Origin: an uncultured beta proteobacterium | GTDB lineage: Bacteria > Pseudomonadota > Gammaproteobacteria > Burkholderiales > Burkholderiaceae_C | DNA: 64,000 nucleotides | Direction: 5' to 3' | Assembly: GCA_963703375.1 (NCBI GenBank) | Contig: CAVPEF010000003.1 | Location: 5,762 to 69,761 of the forward strand | Shown: piece after piece, positions 63,801-64,000 of the stretch | Layout of the letters: each line of letters opens with the position of its first letter | Numbering within the stretch: the stretch's first letter is position 1 | Translations under genes and position numbers: made by a program | The notes under the pieces: generated by a model | The model's database searches: none | Told to the model about the DNA's origin: nothing | Seen by the model: only the letters and a program-made list of their open reading frames with translations

Positions 63801-64000
63801 GGGCCGCGCTGGTTTCGATGAAGCCGCCGTTGCCCCCGTTAGACGCACTCGCGTCCAGCGTGCCGCCCACATTGACCGTGCCGCCTTGCATATCGGCCAG
63901 CAGCTTGATCACGCCATTGCGGTTTTCGATGGTTTGCGCCTGCACCAACCCGGTATTGTTGACCACGGAGTTAAACAGTCCCCCGGCGGCCTGGGCACTG
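57856..64000 (-). CDS. Giant filamentous-haemagglutinin/TpsA-like exoprotein with GLUG and MBG-like repeats (5' end outside window)
   Basis: VVNNTGLVQAQ, GGTLDAS..NGGFIETS, GSWLIDP, FDGLGHTISNL, repeated GGLVG..SISNSYATG, AKAPLTVTA..YGDANP, C-terminal VIDEGVKLP; more than 2036 aa. Confidence 0.9.
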   Translation of the reverse strand, partial: SAQAAGGLFNSVVNNTGLVQAQTIENRNGVIKLLADMQGGTVNVGGTLDASASNGGNGGFIETSAAHVKVANDVKVTTAATHGFTGSWLIDPTDFTIDSGSGAQISSGIGATTLQNSLTTTAVSIATSATATGSQQGDINVNGALAWSANKLTLTAHHDINVNAVMSATGTASLDLEPASGKVNVALSSSGFTGRVDFSGTGALTINNNVYTVIQDAAALQGMNANLTGHYALGSNIDAAATSTWNGGAGFTPVGNSSTKFAGTFDGLGHTISNLAINRPTTDGVGLFGFANSTSVMRNLGVTGGSVKGRNYVGELFGSNDGSIRNSYATGAVTGASSYGSASGTGGLVGGNNGSISNSYATGAVSGSGGSYGSYGSASGTGGLVGANNGSISNSYATGAVSNSGSAGWYGSGTGGLVGGNNGSISNSYATGAVSSSGSSGGYGSRTGGLVGNNNGSVSNSNAMGRVTGMNYVGGLVGWNANYGSSASISNSYATGAVSGQYYVGGLVGVAMNGLISNSYATGQVTGSNYQGGLAGYSYGNISNSYWNSSLNATAVGTGSAVGATGLTTAQMKVQSNFVGFDFTNTPVWGFSSGINGGYPVLCSISACGVITVYVNPLTGSSIYGTAPVFTYTLVDVNGVAYSLNNASITGAATYALAPTATSNVGIYTFNYSSGLSLSGTGASNYVLASWAPATTWTVTPATLTYTTNAASQTYGTANNTFAGTVTGFVNGQNLTSATTGAAVFSSITNANSNVGSYAITGNGLTANNGNYIFANAAGNASALTISKAALLVTGNSASVTYNGQNQSVAGFTVSGLQGSDTAAVLSSVSASGASAKNAGSYSNTVSAGTETNYTVSAVNGTLNIAKADAVVTANSDLSKVYNGQSQSVSGFTASGLVNGETESVLTGVSASGAGTNAGTYTSTASGSDSNYNLTFASGTLAIAKAALTATGNSASVTYNGQNQSVAGFTVSGLQGSDTAAVLSSVSASGASAKNAGSYSNTVSAGTETNYTVSAVNGTLNIAKADAVVTANSDLSKVYNGQSQSVSGFTASGLVNGETESVLTGVSASGAGTNAGTYTSTASGSDSNYNLTFASGTLAIAKAALTATGNSASVTYNGQNQSVAGFTVSGLQGSDTAAVLSSVSASGASAKNAGSYSNTVSAGTETNYTVSAVNGTLNIAKADAVVTANSDLSKVYNGQSQSVSGFTASGLVNGETESVLTGVSASGAGTNAGTYTSTASGSDSNYNLTFASGTLAIAKAALTATGNSASVTYNGQNQSVAGFTVSGLQGSDTAAVLSSVSASGASAKNAGSYSNTVSAGTETNYTVSAVNGTLNIAKADAVVTANSDLSKVYNGQSQSVSGFTASGLVNGETESVLTGVSASGAGTNAGTYTSTASGSDSNYNLTFASGTLAIAKAALTATGNSASVTYNGQNQSVAGFTVSGLQGSDTAAVLSSVSASGASAKNAGSYSNTVSAGTETNYTVSAVNGTLNIAKADAVVTANSDLSKVYNGQSQSVSGFTASGLVNGETESVLTGVSASGAGTNAGTYTSTASGSDSNYNLTFASGTLAIAKAALTATGNSASVTYNGQNQSVAGFTVSGLQGSDTAAVLSSVSASGASAKNAGSYSNTVSAGTETNYTVSAVNGTLNIAKADAVVTANSDLSKVYNGQSQSVSGFTASGLVNGETESVLTGVSASGAGTNAGTYTSTASGSDSNYNLTFASGTLAIAKAALTATGNSASVTYNGQNQSVAGFTVSGLQGSDTAAVLSSVSASGASAKNAGSYSNTVSAGTETNYTVSAVNGTLNIAKADAVVTANSDLSKVYNGQSQSVSGFTASGLVNGETESVLTGVSASGAGTNAGTYTSTASGSDSNYNLTFASGTLAIAKAPLTVTANNQQRGYGDANPTFTQTVTGFVNGETSNVVIGTATGTSTADIHTGVGSSAITANATGLLATNYGFSTMVNGVLTIGPSPANDGAIANARAQTSIEFEQGNPIGHRLVSKLQSLVGNGFSNASPGVSLADLRLSVIDEGVKLPPGAMLSEVAGN
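58338..61634 (-). repeat. Seven tandem 471-bp (157-aa) repeats
   Basis: CCTTGGCAATGGCCAGCGTG recurs at 58338, 58809, 59280, 59751, 60222, 60693 and 61164; the translated units are identical apart from the edge near 61620-61634. Confidence 0.97.
62620..63040 (-). repeat. Four GLUG-type internal repeats with variable Gly/Ser/Tyr loops
   Basis: NSYATGAV-(loop)-TGGLVG.NNGS x4; loops TGASSYGSASG, SGSGGSYGSYGSASG, SNSGSAGWYGSG, SSSGSSGGYGSR. Confidence 0.85.

Larger units (their letters stand above)
39517..64000. mobile_element. tRNA-Ser-anchored genomic island (mosaic; right end not in window)
   Basis: Starts at the tRNA 3' end; visibly lower GC and different codon usage; KilA-N, IS2-like and Tn3-family remnants; no copies of the host palindromic repeat seen. 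No intact integrase visible. Confidence 0.75.

Overview
GC-rich betaproteobacterial chromosome segment, Comamonadaceae/Acidovorax-like by gene content (Bug transporters, yej-fabI linkage, rimP-nusA-infB-rbfA-truB-typA operon). Bases 1-39.5 kb are core genome. Many single-base frameshifts there fall in essential genes (infB, fabI) and are probably unpolished long-read errors. The core part carries at least 9 copies of a ~60-bp palindromic repeat; three lie in-frame inside proteins (TruB, a crotonase, YejA) and one supplies a stop codon. A tRNA-Ser(GGA) at 39.4 kb marks the start of a lower-GC mosaic island running to the window end. The island holds a KilA-N remnant, a truncated IS2-like element, two catabolic clusters (CoA-transferase/paired acyl-CoA dehydrogenases; ThDP enzyme/SDR/SSADH) and a decayed Tn21-like end with its inverted repeat. 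The best candidate for a new system is at the end: a giant TpsA/FHA-like exoprotein with seven apparently identical 471-bp repeats, followed in an operon by a RaxST-like sulfotransferase and a dedicated APS kinase (cysC). All family assignments come from reading motifs and recalled reference sequences, not database searches.
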